Shown: positions 9,095-19,550, numbered from the stretch's first letter. The stretch is DNA of 41,419 nt from Fidelibacterota bacterium (GCA_049975265.1 JBNGDF010000022.1:1-41419); one strand, 5' to 3'. Numbers and translations: made by a program. The notes: generated by a model from the sequence alone, not told the origin.

Positions 9095-10798
9095 ATGCAG
9101 ATTATTGACCGACAAAAAATCACGACACAAATTGAAGAATTACAAAAAAAATACGGTAGCGACCGCTCGGCATTACTGCCAATATTACAGGATTTGCAAG
9201 ATTTTTACGGATACCTGCCCGATATAGTGATTCAGGAGACTGCCCATAGCCTGGGAATTCACCCGGTGGAAGTTGAAGGCGTCGCCAGTTTCTACAGCTT
9301 CTTCAGAACTAAAGAAAAACAGGGGAAATATGTAATCCGTCTCTGCCAGACCATCTCCTGCGATCTGGCAGGCAAACAGAACGTTGCCCGGCAGTTCGAG
9401 AATGAGCTGGGAATCAAATTCGGCGAAACCACCAAAGACGGCATGTTCACCCTGGAATATACCAACTGCCTGGGAATGTGCGATCAGGGACCTGCGGTGA
9501 TGGTAAATGATCGCCTCTTTGCCAAAGTGGACGCCGATAAAGCCTCCCGGATCATTGCCGATTGCCGACAGGATTTTCTAAAAAGCGAATTTCCGGATGT
9601 TGTCCCCTCCGATATACAAAAAGCCGGTCCGATTCTGGAAAACGATATCAAACCGGTTGAATCGTTGAAAAAAGCACTGCAGATGTCGCGTGCCGATCTC
9701 ATCGCCGAGATTCGTGAGTCAGGTCTGAAAGGTCGCGGCGGTGCCGGTTTTCCCACCGCCATCAAATGGCAACTGGCTGGTGCCGCGAAAGGTGACAAAA
9801 AGTATGTCGTCTGTAACGCCGACGAAGGAGAACCCGGAACTTTCAAAGACCGGATGCTTCTGTACGAAAAGACCGATCTGCTGCTCGACGGTATGACAAT
9901 CGGTGCCTACGCCATCGGTGCAAGAAGAGGTTTTATTTACCTGCGCGGCGAATACCTCTATATGAGTAAATATCTGGAAAATGCTCTGGAAGAACGCCGC
10001 TCCAAGAACCTGCTTGGCGATAAGATCCTAGGCAATAATGACTTCAATTTTGATATGGAAGTACGTATGGGATCGGGTGCTTATGTTTGTGGCGAGGAAA
10101 CGGCGTTGATCGAATCGCTGGAAGGATATCGCGGCGAACCCCGCAATCGCCCCCCCTTCCCTGTTGATACCGGTTTCCAGGGCAATCCCACGATCGTAAA
10201 CAATGTGGAAACCTTTATCGACGCTGCTCTGATCATATCCCGGGGCGCCGCATGGTTTAACAAATACGGAACCGAAAAATCCAAAGGTACCAAGATTTTC
10301 AGCGTCTCCGGCGATTGCAGGCAACCCGGTATCTATGAACTCCCTTTCGGCATTACTGTAGCAGAACTACTGAGCGAGGTTGGTGGCGAAGATGCCAAAG
10401 CCGTTCAGATCGGCGGGGCTTCCGGACACTGTATCGCCCGGAAGGATTTTCATCGTACCATTGCCTATGAAGATATAGGCTCGGGCGGCTCCATAATCGC
10501 TTTTGGTCCCGATACCGATATGCTAAAGGTAGCGAAAAATTTTCTGGAATTTTTCGTCGAAGAATCCTGTGGTCAATGCACCCCCTGCCGCGAGGGTAAT
10601 CCGAAACTTCTCGAAGGCGTGGAACTTCTCGAAAAAGGACGCTGCTCTGTTACCTATCTGAATGAACTGATAAAACTGGGTGAGACGATCCAGATCACCT
10701 CAAAATGCGGACTCGGACAGTCCAGCCCAAATGCCTTCTTATCGATCATTGAAAATTTTAAACCCGAAATCCTTGGCCGCGTGCCGGAAGCTGACTAA
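9095..10798 (+). CDS. Fused NuoE-NuoF-like (HydC-HydB) flavoprotein/diaphorase subunit of the [FeFe]-hydrogenase
   Basis: N-terminal [2Fe-2S] domain (CQTISC...CLGMCDQGP); GLKGRGGAGFPT, CNADEGEPGTFKDR, GAYVCGEETAL; C-terminal [4Fe-4S] site SCGQCTPCREG...CGLG. Confidence 0.92.
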   Translation: MQIIDRQKITTQIEELQKKYGSDRSALLPILQDLQDFYGYLPDIVIQETAHSLGIHPVEVEGVASFYSFFRTKEKQGKYVIRLCQTISCDLAGKQNVARQFENELGIKFGETTKDGMFTLEYTNCLGMCDQGPAVMVNDRLFAKVDADKASRIIADCRQDFLKSEFPDVVPSDIQKAGPILENDIKPVESLKKALQMSRADLIAEIRESGLKGRGGAGFPTAIKWQLAGAAKGDKKYVVCNADEGEPGTFKDRMLLYEKTDLLLDGMTIGAYAIGARRGFIYLRGEYLYMSKYLENALEERRSKNLLGDKILGNNDFNFDMEVRMGSGAYVCGEETALIESLEGYRGEPRNRPPFPVDTGFQGNPTIVNNVETFIDAALIISRGAAWFNKYGTEKSKGTKIFSVSGDCRQPGIYELPFGITVAELLSEVGGEDAKAVQIGGASGHCIARKDFHRTIAYEDIGSGGSIIAFGPDTDMLKVAKNFLEFFVEESCGQCTPCREGNPKLLEGVELLEKGRCSVTYLNELIKLGETIQITSKCGLGQSSPNAFLSIIENFKPEILGRVPEAD

Positions 10799-10810
10799 GG
10801 AGGAGCTAAC

Positions 10811-12739
10811 ATGCAAGAACAAGATAAACTGTTTCAAGAAGAATGCCGTTCACCGAAAAGCACCCTGAAAGCCGCCGTCAAATCTCCGGTCAACACCGAC
10901 GCCATCGGCGCGTTGATCAAAGTCACTATTGATGATAAAGAGATCAAGGTGCCGATGGGTACAACGATTCTGGAAGCGGCAAAGCAGCTTGGCATCCACA
11001 TTCCGACGCTCTGTTACCACGAGGACCTGTGTATCAGCGGGGTCTGCCGTATCTGCGTTGTGGAAGTTGAAGGCTACCGGACACTTCAGGCTTCCTGTGC
11101 CTTCCCTATCACCACCCCGATCAAAATCCATACCCATACCCGCAAAGTCCGCCAGGCGCGGCGTCACATTCTCGATCTGCTGCTTTCCAAACATTACGGT
11201 GAATGCTACAGCTGTGTTCGCAACAATAACTGCGAGCTCCAGGAGCTGGCTAACGAATACGGAGTCGACTTTTACCGCTTCGGGCATGTGGATAAACCGA
11301 CCTTCGGGCGGGATGATTCATCCTATGCTATTGTGCGGGATATGGATAAATGCATTATGTGCCGGCGCTGTGTCCGAACCTGCATCGACCTTCAGGAAGT
11401 CGGTGTCTACGAAGCTGTCGGAAAAGGTGCCGAAACCCGCATCGGGACATTCATGGATAACCCGATGGCAGAGCTGATCTGCATCAATTGCGGACAATGC
11501 ATCAATCGCTGCCCTACCGGCGCACTGCACGCCAATGACCCATCCGATGCCATCTGGGCAGCCATTGACGATCCCACCAAACATGTGGTGATACAAACAG
11601 CCCCGGCACCCCGTTCAGCGATTGGCGAATGCTTCGGTCTGGAACCGGGCACCCCGCTGACCTTTGAGATGAATACGGCGATGCGTTACTGCGGCTTCGA
11701 CAAGGTGTTCGATACCAATTTCAGCGCCGATCTGACGATTATCGAAGAGGGTACCGAACTGATCCTACGGCTGTACAATGCGCTTGTAAAAAAGGAGCCC
11801 GAATTTCTGCCGCAATTCACCTCCTGTTCACCCGGTTGGGTCAAGTACATAGAACACTTTTATCCCGAAATGCTGGGGCATGTGTCTTCGGCAAAAAGCC
11901 CGCAGCAGATGTTTGGCGCCGTCATCAAGACCTATTACGCCCAGTTGAACAACATTGATCCGGCGGATATCGTGACAGTGGCTCTGATGCCCTGTACGGC
12001 GAAAAAATTCGAATGCAACCGCCCGGAGATGAATGATTCCGGTTTTAAAGATATCGATTACGGCGTGACAACCCGGGAGCTGGCTCAGATGTTCAAAGAA
12101 GCCGGCATTGATCTGCCGAATATGAAAAAATCCGATTTCGACGACCCCTTTGGCAGCCGAACAGGCTCCGGTGTCATCTTCGGTGCCACCGGCGGTGTCA
12201 TGGAATCGGCTATCCGTACGGTTTATGAACTGGTTACCGGCGATAAAATCGAACACCTGTTCGATCATGCCAATATCATCCCGGTCCGCGGCTTTGAAGG
12301 TATTCGGTACGCCGAGCTGCCTATCGATAAGGTTGGTCCGGTTCCCGATCTCCTGAAATCCTTTGTGTCCGACTGGGATTGGCTGAAAGGCACCGTCCTG
12401 AAAGTGGCGGTGTGTCACGGCACCGCAAATGCCAAAAAAGTTCTCGAAAACATCAAATCCGGCGGCAAGCTGAGTGAATGCCACTTTATCGAGTTCATGG
12501 CTTGTCCGGGTGGTTGTCTCGGCGGCGGCGGTATGCCGATACCGACCAATGAAAAAATCCGCGCCGCCCGGGCTCGTGCCATCTACGCCGAGGATGAATC
12601 GTCGGAAGTACGCAAATCTTATGAAAATCCGGCAGTGGTAAGACTCTACAACGAATTTTTTACCGAAGGTCCCTGCAGCCATAAAAGCCATAAACTGCTG
12701 CACACCCACTATGTGGAACGGGGTAAAAAACTCGTATAA
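10811..12739 (+). CDS. hydA: Group A [FeFe]-hydrogenase catalytic subunit
   Basis: H-cluster motifs TSCSPGW, MPCTAKKFE and EFMACPGGCLGGGG; N-terminal [2Fe-2S], His-ligated HxxxCxxCx5C and 2x[4Fe-4S] motifs; C-terminal LLHTHY. Confidence 0.96.
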   Translation: MQEQDKLFQEECRSPKSTLKAAVKSPVNTDAIGALIKVTIDDKEIKVPMGTTILEAAKQLGIHIPTLCYHEDLCISGVCRICVVEVEGYRTLQASCAFPITTPIKIHTHTRKVRQARRHILDLLLSKHYGECYSCVRNNNCELQELANEYGVDFYRFGHVDKPTFGRDDSSYAIVRDMDKCIMCRRCVRTCIDLQEVGVYEAVGKGAETRIGTFMDNPMAELICINCGQCINRCPTGALHANDPSDAIWAAIDDPTKHVVIQTAPAPRSAIGECFGLEPGTPLTFEMNTAMRYCGFDKVFDTNFSADLTIIEEGTELILRLYNALVKKEPEFLPQFTSCSPGWVKYIEHFYPEMLGHVSSAKSPQQMFGAVIKTYYAQLNNIDPADIVTVALMPCTAKKFECNRPEMNDSGFKDIDYGVTTRELAQMFKEAGIDLPNMKKSDFDDPFGSRTGSGVIFGATGGVMESAIRTVYELVTGDKIEHLFDHANIIPVRGFEGIRYAELPIDKVGPVPDLLKSFVSDWDWLKGTVLKVAVCHGTANAKKVLENIKSGGKLSECHFIEFMACPGGCLGGGGMPIPTNEKIRAARARAIYAEDESSEVRKSYENPAVVRLYNEFFTEGPCSHKSHKLLHTHYVERGKKLV

Positions 12740-12752
12740 TCAGTCATTAATC

Positions 12753-12797
12753 AAAAATAGAAAAGGCTATCCATGCTGGGTAGCCTTTTTATTTTTT
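12753..12797. terminator. Bidirectional intrinsic terminator between hydA and the convergent lipoprotein gene
   Basis: AAAAATAGAAAAGGCTATCCA-TGC-TGGGTAGCCTTTTTATTTTT: a hairpin with A and T tracts on both sides. Confidence 0.85.
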
Positions 12798-12836
12798 ACG
12801 CAATCTTGCGACGCAGGTAATAAGATTTACAGGATT

Positions 12837-13421
12837 TTACAACTGAGCTACCAGTTTTGGTGCTTCCGCCGGATTTTTTATCCGCCACTGGTACAGACCC
12901 GCCGAAACCTTATCGGCATTGTGCTCCAGGACTTTCAAACCCTTGTCAACGGCAATACTCAGCGTACCACCAACATTGACATCCAGCGCCTGAATCTGGC
13001 TGACATCCTTCTCCGCCAGTTCAAAAGATTCGATTCGCATGGTTCCATCGTCCGGATGCGTGATGGAAAATATGGAAACCTCTTTTGACAGGAAATAGTA
13101 GTCCTCTCCCGCGCCCCCTGTCTTCTCGGCGATGACTTCATAGCGCGCCTTGCCGACATATTTAGCCTTCTGAATTTCCGGCGCCTGCCGAAGTTCCTTC
13201 TCTTGCTCCTTTAACTGCTTTTCATCGGATTTCGTAAATTTACCCTCCTGCATCGAAGCCAGCGCCAGAGCAAATACCAGCCTGCCGTTATATTTGAATG
13301 TGTAACTGCCGTCTTTTTTAACATGAATACTGACATCAAAATCCTCCGGCAGATAACAGGCTGATTGTAAGCAGAGCAACGCAATGACCAACCCAAACAT
13401 GAGAATGTGATTTCGTTTCAT
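12837..13421 (-). CDS. Putative lipoprotein of unknown function
   Basis: Signal peptide with lipobox LQSAC followed by a beta-rich segment (DVSIHVKKDGSYTF); GGAG upstream of the ATG at 13421. Confidence 0.65.
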   Translation of the reverse strand: MKRNHILMFGLVIALLCLQSACYLPEDFDVSIHVKKDGSYTFKYNGRLVFALALASMQEGKFTKSDEKQLKEQEKELRQAPEIQKAKYVGKARYEVIAEKTGGAGEDYYFLSKEVSIFSITHPDDGTMRIESFELAEKDVSQIQALDVNVGGTLSIAVDKGLKVLEHNADKVSAGLYQWRIKNPAEAPKLVAQL

Positions 13422-13499
13422 TCCGGTCTCCATGATTTAATGATACAATATATGGCAATTGCGGGATAAATGAAATTGAAAAGATGCACCTGTTTTCGG

Positions 13500-14456
13500 T
13501 TATCTTGCCTGGGCGATCAGATAGCCCATATAAACGGCAAAGGCAGCCAATAATATTCCCGCCTCCCACCGGTCCAGGCTCTTTTTTTCCCCGGTAAACA
13601 TGGCAATGAAGAGAAACAGCGTTCCGCCCGCTAACAGCCCGATATCGGCATTAAACCGCACATCAAAGACAATCGGTCTGATCAGCACGCTGACCGCCAG
13701 AATCAGACAGATATTGAAAATATTCGAACCGATCACATTGCCGATGGCGATGTCGTTATTTTTTTTAATAGCTGCAACCACCGACGTCGCCAGCTCCGGC
13801 AGAGATGTTCCCGCGGCAACGATGGTCAATCCGATGATTTTTTCACTGACTCCCAGAATCGTCGCCAGCCGAACCGCTGCATTGATCGTAAGCCGGGCGC
13901 CAATAACAAGCACAACCAACCCAATCAGGATCAATGCCGCAAGTTTGAAATTTGATTGGGCGTCTATGGTCGCGATGCCGTTGCCAATATCCCTGTGAAG
14001 TTGGCGGATAATGTAGCCCAGAAAAAGGGCAAACATGCAAACCAGGATCAATCCGTCCAATCGTGACAAAATTCTGACTTCGGAAACCGGAAAGTTATTG
14101 GCTAAGACAAACAGCATCAGGACTGCGACAAAGGAGAGCGGTATTTCTTTCCAGACGGTACCGGACTGCACCGCCAGCGGAGTTATCAGCCCGGCAATCC
14201 CCAGAATTAAAAAAAGATTGAAAATATTGCTGCCGATGATATTGCCCAGCACGATTTCCGGATGATTCTGATACGAGGCAATGGCATTGATCGCCAGCTC
14301 CGGCGCCGATGTGCCGAATGCAACGATGGTCAGCCCGATAATCAGTTTGGAGACGTTGTATTTGACCGCCAGCGATGCTGCCCCATCCACCAGCCAGCCG
14401 GCGCCTTTGATCAGTAAAAAAAATCCAAGGAGTAAAAGAACTAGCTGGACAAACAT
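13500..14456 (-). CDS. Calcium/sodium antiporter (CaCA, YrbG-like)
   Basis: Two alpha repeats: GTSAPE...GNIIGSNIFN and GTSLPE...GNVIGSNIFN. Confidence 0.93.
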   Translation of the reverse strand: MFVQLVLLLLGFFLLIKGAGWLVDGAASLAVKYNVSKLIIGLTIVAFGTSAPELAINAIASYQNHPEIVLGNIIGSNIFNLFLILGIAGLITPLAVQSGTVWKEIPLSFVAVLMLFVLANNFPVSEVRILSRLDGLILVCMFALFLGYIIRQLHRDIGNGIATIDAQSNFKLAALILIGLVVLVIGARLTINAAVRLATILGVSEKIIGLTIVAAGTSLPELATSVVAAIKKNNDIAIGNVIGSNIFNICLILAVSVLIRPIVFDVRFNADIGLLAGGTLFLFIAMFTGEKKSLDRWEAGILLAAFAVYMGYLIAQAR

Positions 14457-14474
14457 AATAAATCTATTTCTCTC

Positions 14475-16778
14475 TCATCTTTTTAACACTGAAAAATCAA
14501 TTTTTTGTACCCACCATTTTAGCCAGGATCTAATTCCACTACCTGCTTTTACCATCACAAAAGGCTTTTTACATCTTTCTGCCAGCAATTCCGGTATTGA
14601 AGGATTAAAAAACTGATTGATGATGGATTGTTCGGTAGCACCGACTACGACAAGATCATACTCTTTCGCTTCTTCCAATATTGTTTCAATTACATTGCTA
14701 TGCCGTTTGATTTTTATTTCAATTTTCCCAGCGGGAATATTGTTGTTCCGTTTGACACTCTCAATAATAGCACTAATATCCGATAAATGTTTTCCGTTGG
14801 TAACATTAAATGCCACAATTTCGGAGTTTTCATCTTCCGCCAGGATATAAGCCATTTCGAGTGCTAATACACAATTTGAACCACCCGCAATTGGCACTAA
14901 TATTCGTTTTGCATTAAGATTCCCGCAATCCTTAAGAATGACTACATCGCAGGGCGATCGTTCAATAACAGGATCGAGAGTACTTCCCAGACTATATTCC
15001 CGGTTGCGAATCTCTCCATGCCAACCCATTATCAACATATTGGCACGTTTTTCACGGATAGCAGAAATGATACCGCGGGCAATATTCCGACAATACCGAA
15101 TAGTGGAATTGACAGGAAAAAGCGGTGCCAGATAAAGCATTATCTCGATAATTGCTTCCTTCCCTTCCAGCATGTATCGTTCAGCATCACTCAATGGGAC
15201 TTGATCCGGGACTTTCACCATGTGCAAGAGATTGATCTCTACTTTCCTGGCATTGCTGATCTTGTAGGTTGTTTTTACAAGGCTTAGCGCATTATTGGGA
15301 TTTGCAACCGGAACCAGGATTCGATAGTAATTATCGATGGTTTTTGCAGTTGTTTTTTCATCCTCCAGGATTTGAATTTCATCTTCGGAAACAGTTGCCC
15401 GCTTTTTCGAATATACATTATATACAATTATTCCTAACAATATCCAGACGGGACCTATTATTATCGCCGCCCGACTGACAGAATGGAGATGCGTAATCAA
15501 TAGAATCTGAAATATTATTGCCATTATCGGCAACACCGGAAATAGCGGCATCATAAAACCGTATTGGAGTTCATCACTCATATTCCGGCGAATTTTGATA
15601 ACGCAAAGGTTCACCAGAAAAAATAGGAACAGAAACATAATACTGGCACTGGACGCCACATCCATTGTATCCAGAAAAGAAGCCACGAATACCACAATGG
15701 TCCCCGTCAATAGTAGCGCTACCTAGGGGGTTTTCCGTGTAGAAGATATTTTTGCCACGACCGGCGGCAACATGTGGTCACGACCAAGAGTATAAGATGC
15801 CCGTGTGGCTGAGTAGATCGTTGCGTTTAATGCAGATGTAGATGCAAATATTACCGCCAAAGTTAACAGGAAATTCGCAAAGGGCATCAGGTGTGCAATC
15901 GCTTCGCCGAATCCCCGCTCACCATGATTGCCAATCCACTCCCAAACAGCCGTATCCGTCCCCAGTATCTCCGCTTTTATAGAGACTACGGTCGCAAAGG
16001 CAACACCAATATAGGTGAGTATAACGATAAATACAGAATAGATCATGGCTTTTGGCAGATTTTTCTTCGGATCGATTGCTTCATCTCCTGCCTGGGCGAT
16101 AACTTCATACCCTTCAAAAGCAACATACGTGAAACCCATTGTGACTAGCAATTTGCCCCAGCCTTTTGGCATGAAAGGTTTAAAATTTTGAAGTCGGGAA
16201 GGATCATTAGAAACAACCATGATTCCTACAATCCCGATTAAAACAAGAAACAGTGTCTGTCCGAGAGTAATAATCGCACCAATTTTACCTCTTTCTGAAA
16301 CACCTCTGTAATTAATAAATATGAATAGTCCAGCAACGAGTACAGCCGTAGATTTTTCAAGAAAAATAATCTGCATTTCCGGTAAGTTCAATAATCCAAG
16401 AGTCATAAGATAACGAATAACATAAATTGCAAAAGTAATCGCATAAGCGCTGCCAGCCACCCTGGAAGCAAACCATTCCATCCAGCCTGCCACAAAACTT
16501 GTACTGCGCCCAAATCCAACCCGGGCAAAATTATATGCTCCACCCGCTTTTGGAATAGCGGAGCTCAGCTCAGCATACGCCATAGCCGTAAAAATAGCGA
16601 TTAAACCGTTTAAGGCAAATGTCAGGACGACACCCCCTGGACCGGAGTGATGAATAGCATTGCCAACGCCCAGAAACACACCGGCTCCAATCATCATGCC
16701 AATGCCCATCATTGTAATTTGAAATAGGGATAATTCCCTTGATAATTCGGAACTTATCTGTTTATGACTGTCAGCCAT
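14475..16778 (-). pseudogene. APC amino-acid permease fused to two universal-stress (USP) domains, interrupted by one in-frame TAG at 15723-15725
   Basis: ORFs 15723-16778 and 14475-15710 share a frame (...RKTP*VALLLTGT...). APC motifs GMMIGAGVF, YAELSSAIPKAGGAY, FEGYE; USP motifs ILVPVAN...MGWHG...GSTLDPVIERSPCDVVI and ILVPIAGG...DLVVVGA. Confidence 0.8.
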
Positions 16779-16923
16779 TCATCTCTTTGGTAATTTTACG
16801 GGCAGTATCAGCACCCAATTTGCTGATTTTATTAATGAAATGACGAGCCCAAAACAGCAGATAGCCGGAAATTGTTACGGTTATAACAAGAACTATGATT
16901 CCAATAATCATATCCCGGGTCAT
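16771..16923 (-). CDS. 50-aa single-pass membrane protein
   Basis: MTRDMIIGIIVLVITVTISGYLLFWARHF...; GAGGT ribosome-binding site; its stop overlaps the permease start. Confidence 0.6.
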   Translation of the reverse strand: MTRDMIIGIIVLVITVTISGYLLFWARHFINKISKLGADTARKITKEMNG

Positions 16924-16933
16924 GGCACCTCGA

Positions 16934-17365
16934 CTACTTACCAGATTGCTTTCGAAAAAACAAATACAAACCACCAACCAATATAACAATATCCTCAACC
17001 ACCCGTTTCCAGCTGACCAGCGATCCGGCGGCATCCAGCGAAAAACAGCCGCATTCAATATCCAGCCCGCGCAGAATGGCGCTGATGATCAATATGATAA
17101 AAAGAACGGTAATCCCGCTTAACAACAGCGCCGCTGTCTCGACCCAGACACCCAGCAGCAGCGCCAGACCGATCAACGCTTCCAGCCAGGGCACAAGGAG
17201 CGCACAGATATTCAGCAGCTCAACCGGCAATATCCGATAGTTATAGATGATTTCCGCAAATTTCTGCGGATTTGTGATTTTGTCCAGCGATGCGTAGAGA
17301 AACAGAAAACCGAGAATCAGTCGAATCACAATCCGGAGATAAAAATGAATCGTGTATTTTTTCAC
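16934..17365 (-). CDS. MauE/DoxX family membrane protein
   Basis: RLILGFLFLYASLDKI..P..F...I.NY.ILP, PWLE, RGLDIECGCF; GTG start in a GTGA overlap with the rhodanese stop. Confidence 0.88.
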   Translation of the reverse strand: MKKYTIHFYLRIVIRLILGFLFLYASLDKITNPQKFAEIIYNYRILPVELLNICALLVPWLEALIGLALLLGVWVETAALLLSGITVLFIILIISAILRGLDIECGCFSLDAAGSLVSWKRVVEDIVILVGGLYLFFRKQSGK

Positions 17366-17931
17366 GGATGGTCTCCCGTCTGTATCGGATAGCCGGCTGC
17401 CAGCCATTGCTCCCAGCCGCCGAAAAAGAAATAGACGTCGGTAAAACCCATCTCACTCAGCAACACCGCCATATCGATGCTTTGGGAGCATTCTTCGCCA
17501 TCGCAATAGCTGATCAGGGTCTCGCCGCGGGACAAATCGAACAGTAAATTTTCGGAAGCATCCAATGTCTCCAGAGGAATGGAAACCGCCCGCGGAATAT
17601 GCCCTTCCCGATAATCATCAGCGCTGCGGGTATCGATAAAAATTGCGGTATAGTTATCAAAGTGACTGTACGCCGTCGCAAGGTCGATTTCCTCCGGAGC
17701 GTGAACATTTATCCGCTGACGATCCGCCTGAATTTGACGATAATTTCTGAATACGGGGATTTTGATCTGTTGTGCACCGACGCTGATTTCTCTGTGTGGC
17801 GTAATCAATGGAATCCGGTTTGGTGAAAGGTAATTAAAACAGAGTGCCACCAGTATACTGAATGTAACAGCAATGACCGACCGTTTGATTAGCAAACCAA
17901 GTGAAAGCAGCGATACCGGTTGTCGCTTCAT
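17362..17931 (-). CDS. Membrane-anchored rhodanese-like domain protein
   Basis: FIDTRS..DY.EGHIPRAVSIP, active loop YCDGEEC, GGWEQW..AGYP; N-terminal transmembrane helix. Confidence 0.9.
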   Translation of the reverse strand: MKRQPVSLLSLGLLIKRSVIAVTFSILVALCFNYLSPNRIPLITPHREISVGAQQIKIPVFRNYRQIQADRQRINVHAPEEIDLATAYSHFDNYTAIFIDTRSADDYREGHIPRAVSIPLETLDASENLLFDLSRGETLISYCDGEECSQSIDMAVLLSEMGFTDVYFFFGGWEQWLAAGYPIQTGDHP

Positions 17932-17961
17932 GGAAATTTACCTTATCGAAAAACAATTTTT

Positions 17962-17989
17962 TTGACTTTCCGCCTAAAGCATATAAATT
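17962..17989 (+). promoter_or_regulatory. Putative sigma70 promoter for the TPR/TRAP operon
   Basis: TTGACT-N16-TAAATT upstream of the ATG at 18016. Confidence 0.45.
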
Positions 17990-18015
17990 TCAACTATAAA
18001 AAACAAACTGTTTTT

Positions 18016-19518
18016 ATGCTGCAGAGACCGAAAATTACACAATTAGCAATTCCGGCACTTGCCTTTTTACTTTTTGCCTCCCTCGAGGCATCTATCGTCG
18101 ATACACCCGAGTCAAATCTCAGTCCCGCTCAGCGTGCCTGGTTGACCAACTGCCCGGAGGATGCCCGCCTTTTGTATATCACCGAAATCGACACCGCGGA
18201 ACACAAAGAGGTCCCGGCGTTCAACGCCGCATTTATCTCCTTCCGCCAAGGTAACCTCGCCGAGACCGATACATATCTCAATCTGGCGCTCGGGGCAAAC
18301 CCAAAATACGGTCCGGCGCTCTATCTGAAAGGCATGCTCGAATATGAGCGCCACAACCTCCGTAACTGCGTGACCGCATTAAAACAGTCTATCAGGACCC
18401 ATCCTCATCCGGAATTACCTAACTTTTTTCTCGGTAAAGTGCTCTATGAGCGAAAAAAATACGACGAAGCCATTGATTATTTCAAAGAGGCGCTCGACGC
18501 TTTTAAACTCTATACCTGCGCCTACTCCATGCTGGGGAAATTGTATATCGAGAAAAATGAATTACACGAAGCCATCGCAATCCTGGAAAAGGGCTTTTCC
18601 TACAGTCATGATGCAGACATAATTTACTATCTGGCAATGGCTTATGAACTCACAAATCAAATGAATAAAGCTCTCAATTTTTACGGACTGTTCGCCTATC
18701 TGTATCCCCAGCATCCCAAATATCCCCAGGTGAAGAAATTACTGGATAACCAAAATGTTCATGACTACTGGACAAACCGGCTGGAGCCGATCCCTCCGCG
18801 GGGCAAGGAAGCGCATTTCTTACCCGTTGGCGAGGAGTATGTTTACAGCGTTCACTGGGGACCAATTCGGGTGGGTGAGTTGCATACAGTGGTGCTGGAG
18901 GAATTGAATTTTAACGGTATCGACGCCTATAAAGTGCAGTTCAGCATGGATTCAAATCCCGCATTGGCGTTTATTGCGACGCTGCACAGCGATTATATCA
19001 CCATTGTTGATCAATCCACAAAGCAGACTCTGCGGCACTATCTGCATCAGCGTGAAAATGCCATCATCGCCGACAAAGTTTACGATTACGACCGGGGAAA
19101 GGGAATTTTCAAATGCCGAACCATCCGGGAAGATGGGCATATTGATTATCTGGAAAAATACCTCCCCAGAGACTGCATTGACGGCACCTCAATTCTGTTT
19201 TACGCCCGCCAGGTGGTCAGTGAAAAGCGCCGGGAAATCGTCCTGACTACCATTGACGAGACATTTGTATTGACAGATATCCGTTTTGACAATACCAAAG
19301 AACCTGTCTTGGTGCGGGGACAAACGGAGAAGGTTTATCGGGTCAGTGGAGAACTGATGTACAAAGGCATTGTCGGCTTCACGGGCAATTTCTGGGGCTG
19401 GTTCAGAGACTATCCGCCCTATCTTCCTGTAGCTTCGGATTTTGAAATCTGGGTTGGTCGCATCAAAGTTACTATGGCTAGTGAAGAAGAGCAGGAGTTA
19501 CACCGCTATCGCCAGTGA
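18016..19518 (+). CDS. Exported TPR-repeat protein with a C-terminal DUF3108-like domain
   Basis: Signal peptide; TPR helices (ALYLKG, FFLGKVLY..KKYDEAIDYF); C-terminal GEEYVYSVHWGPIRVG...D..SILFYAR...WF...LPV....IWVG, typical of DUF3108. Confidence 0.7.
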   Translation: MLQRPKITQLAIPALAFLLFASLEASIVDTPESNLSPAQRAWLTNCPEDARLLYITEIDTAEHKEVPAFNAAFISFRQGNLAETDTYLNLALGANPKYGPALYLKGMLEYERHNLRNCVTALKQSIRTHPHPELPNFFLGKVLYERKKYDEAIDYFKEALDAFKLYTCAYSMLGKLYIEKNELHEAIAILEKGFSYSHDADIIYYLAMAYELTNQMNKALNFYGLFAYLYPQHPKYPQVKKLLDNQNVHDYWTNRLEPIPPRGKEAHFLPVGEEYVYSVHWGPIRVGELHTVVLEELNFNGIDAYKVQFSMDSNPALAFIATLHSDYITIVDQSTKQTLRHYLHQRENAIIADKVYDYDRGKGIFKCRTIREDGHIDYLEKYLPRDCIDGTSILFYARQVVSEKRREIVLTTIDETFVLTDIRFDNTKEPVLVRGQTEKVYRVSGELMYKGIVGFTGNFWGWFRDYPPYLPVASDFEIWVGRIKVTMASEEEQELHRYRQ

Positions 19519-19550
19519 TGTACCGGAATATAAAAATCGAATGATTTAGT

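Noticed and set aside
11828..12709. 293-aa ORF antisense to hydA, and many other 60-180 aa antisense or alternate-frame ORFs
   Set aside because: They lie within well-supported genes and show no motifs. Such shadow ORFs are expected from codon bias.
9095..12739. Respiratory complex I (nuoEFG)
   Set aside because: The large subunit has all three H-cluster motifs and no membrane nuo genes are present.
15723..15725. Alternative genetic code (TAG reassigned)
   Set aside because: Many genes in the window end at TAG at their expected C-termini.
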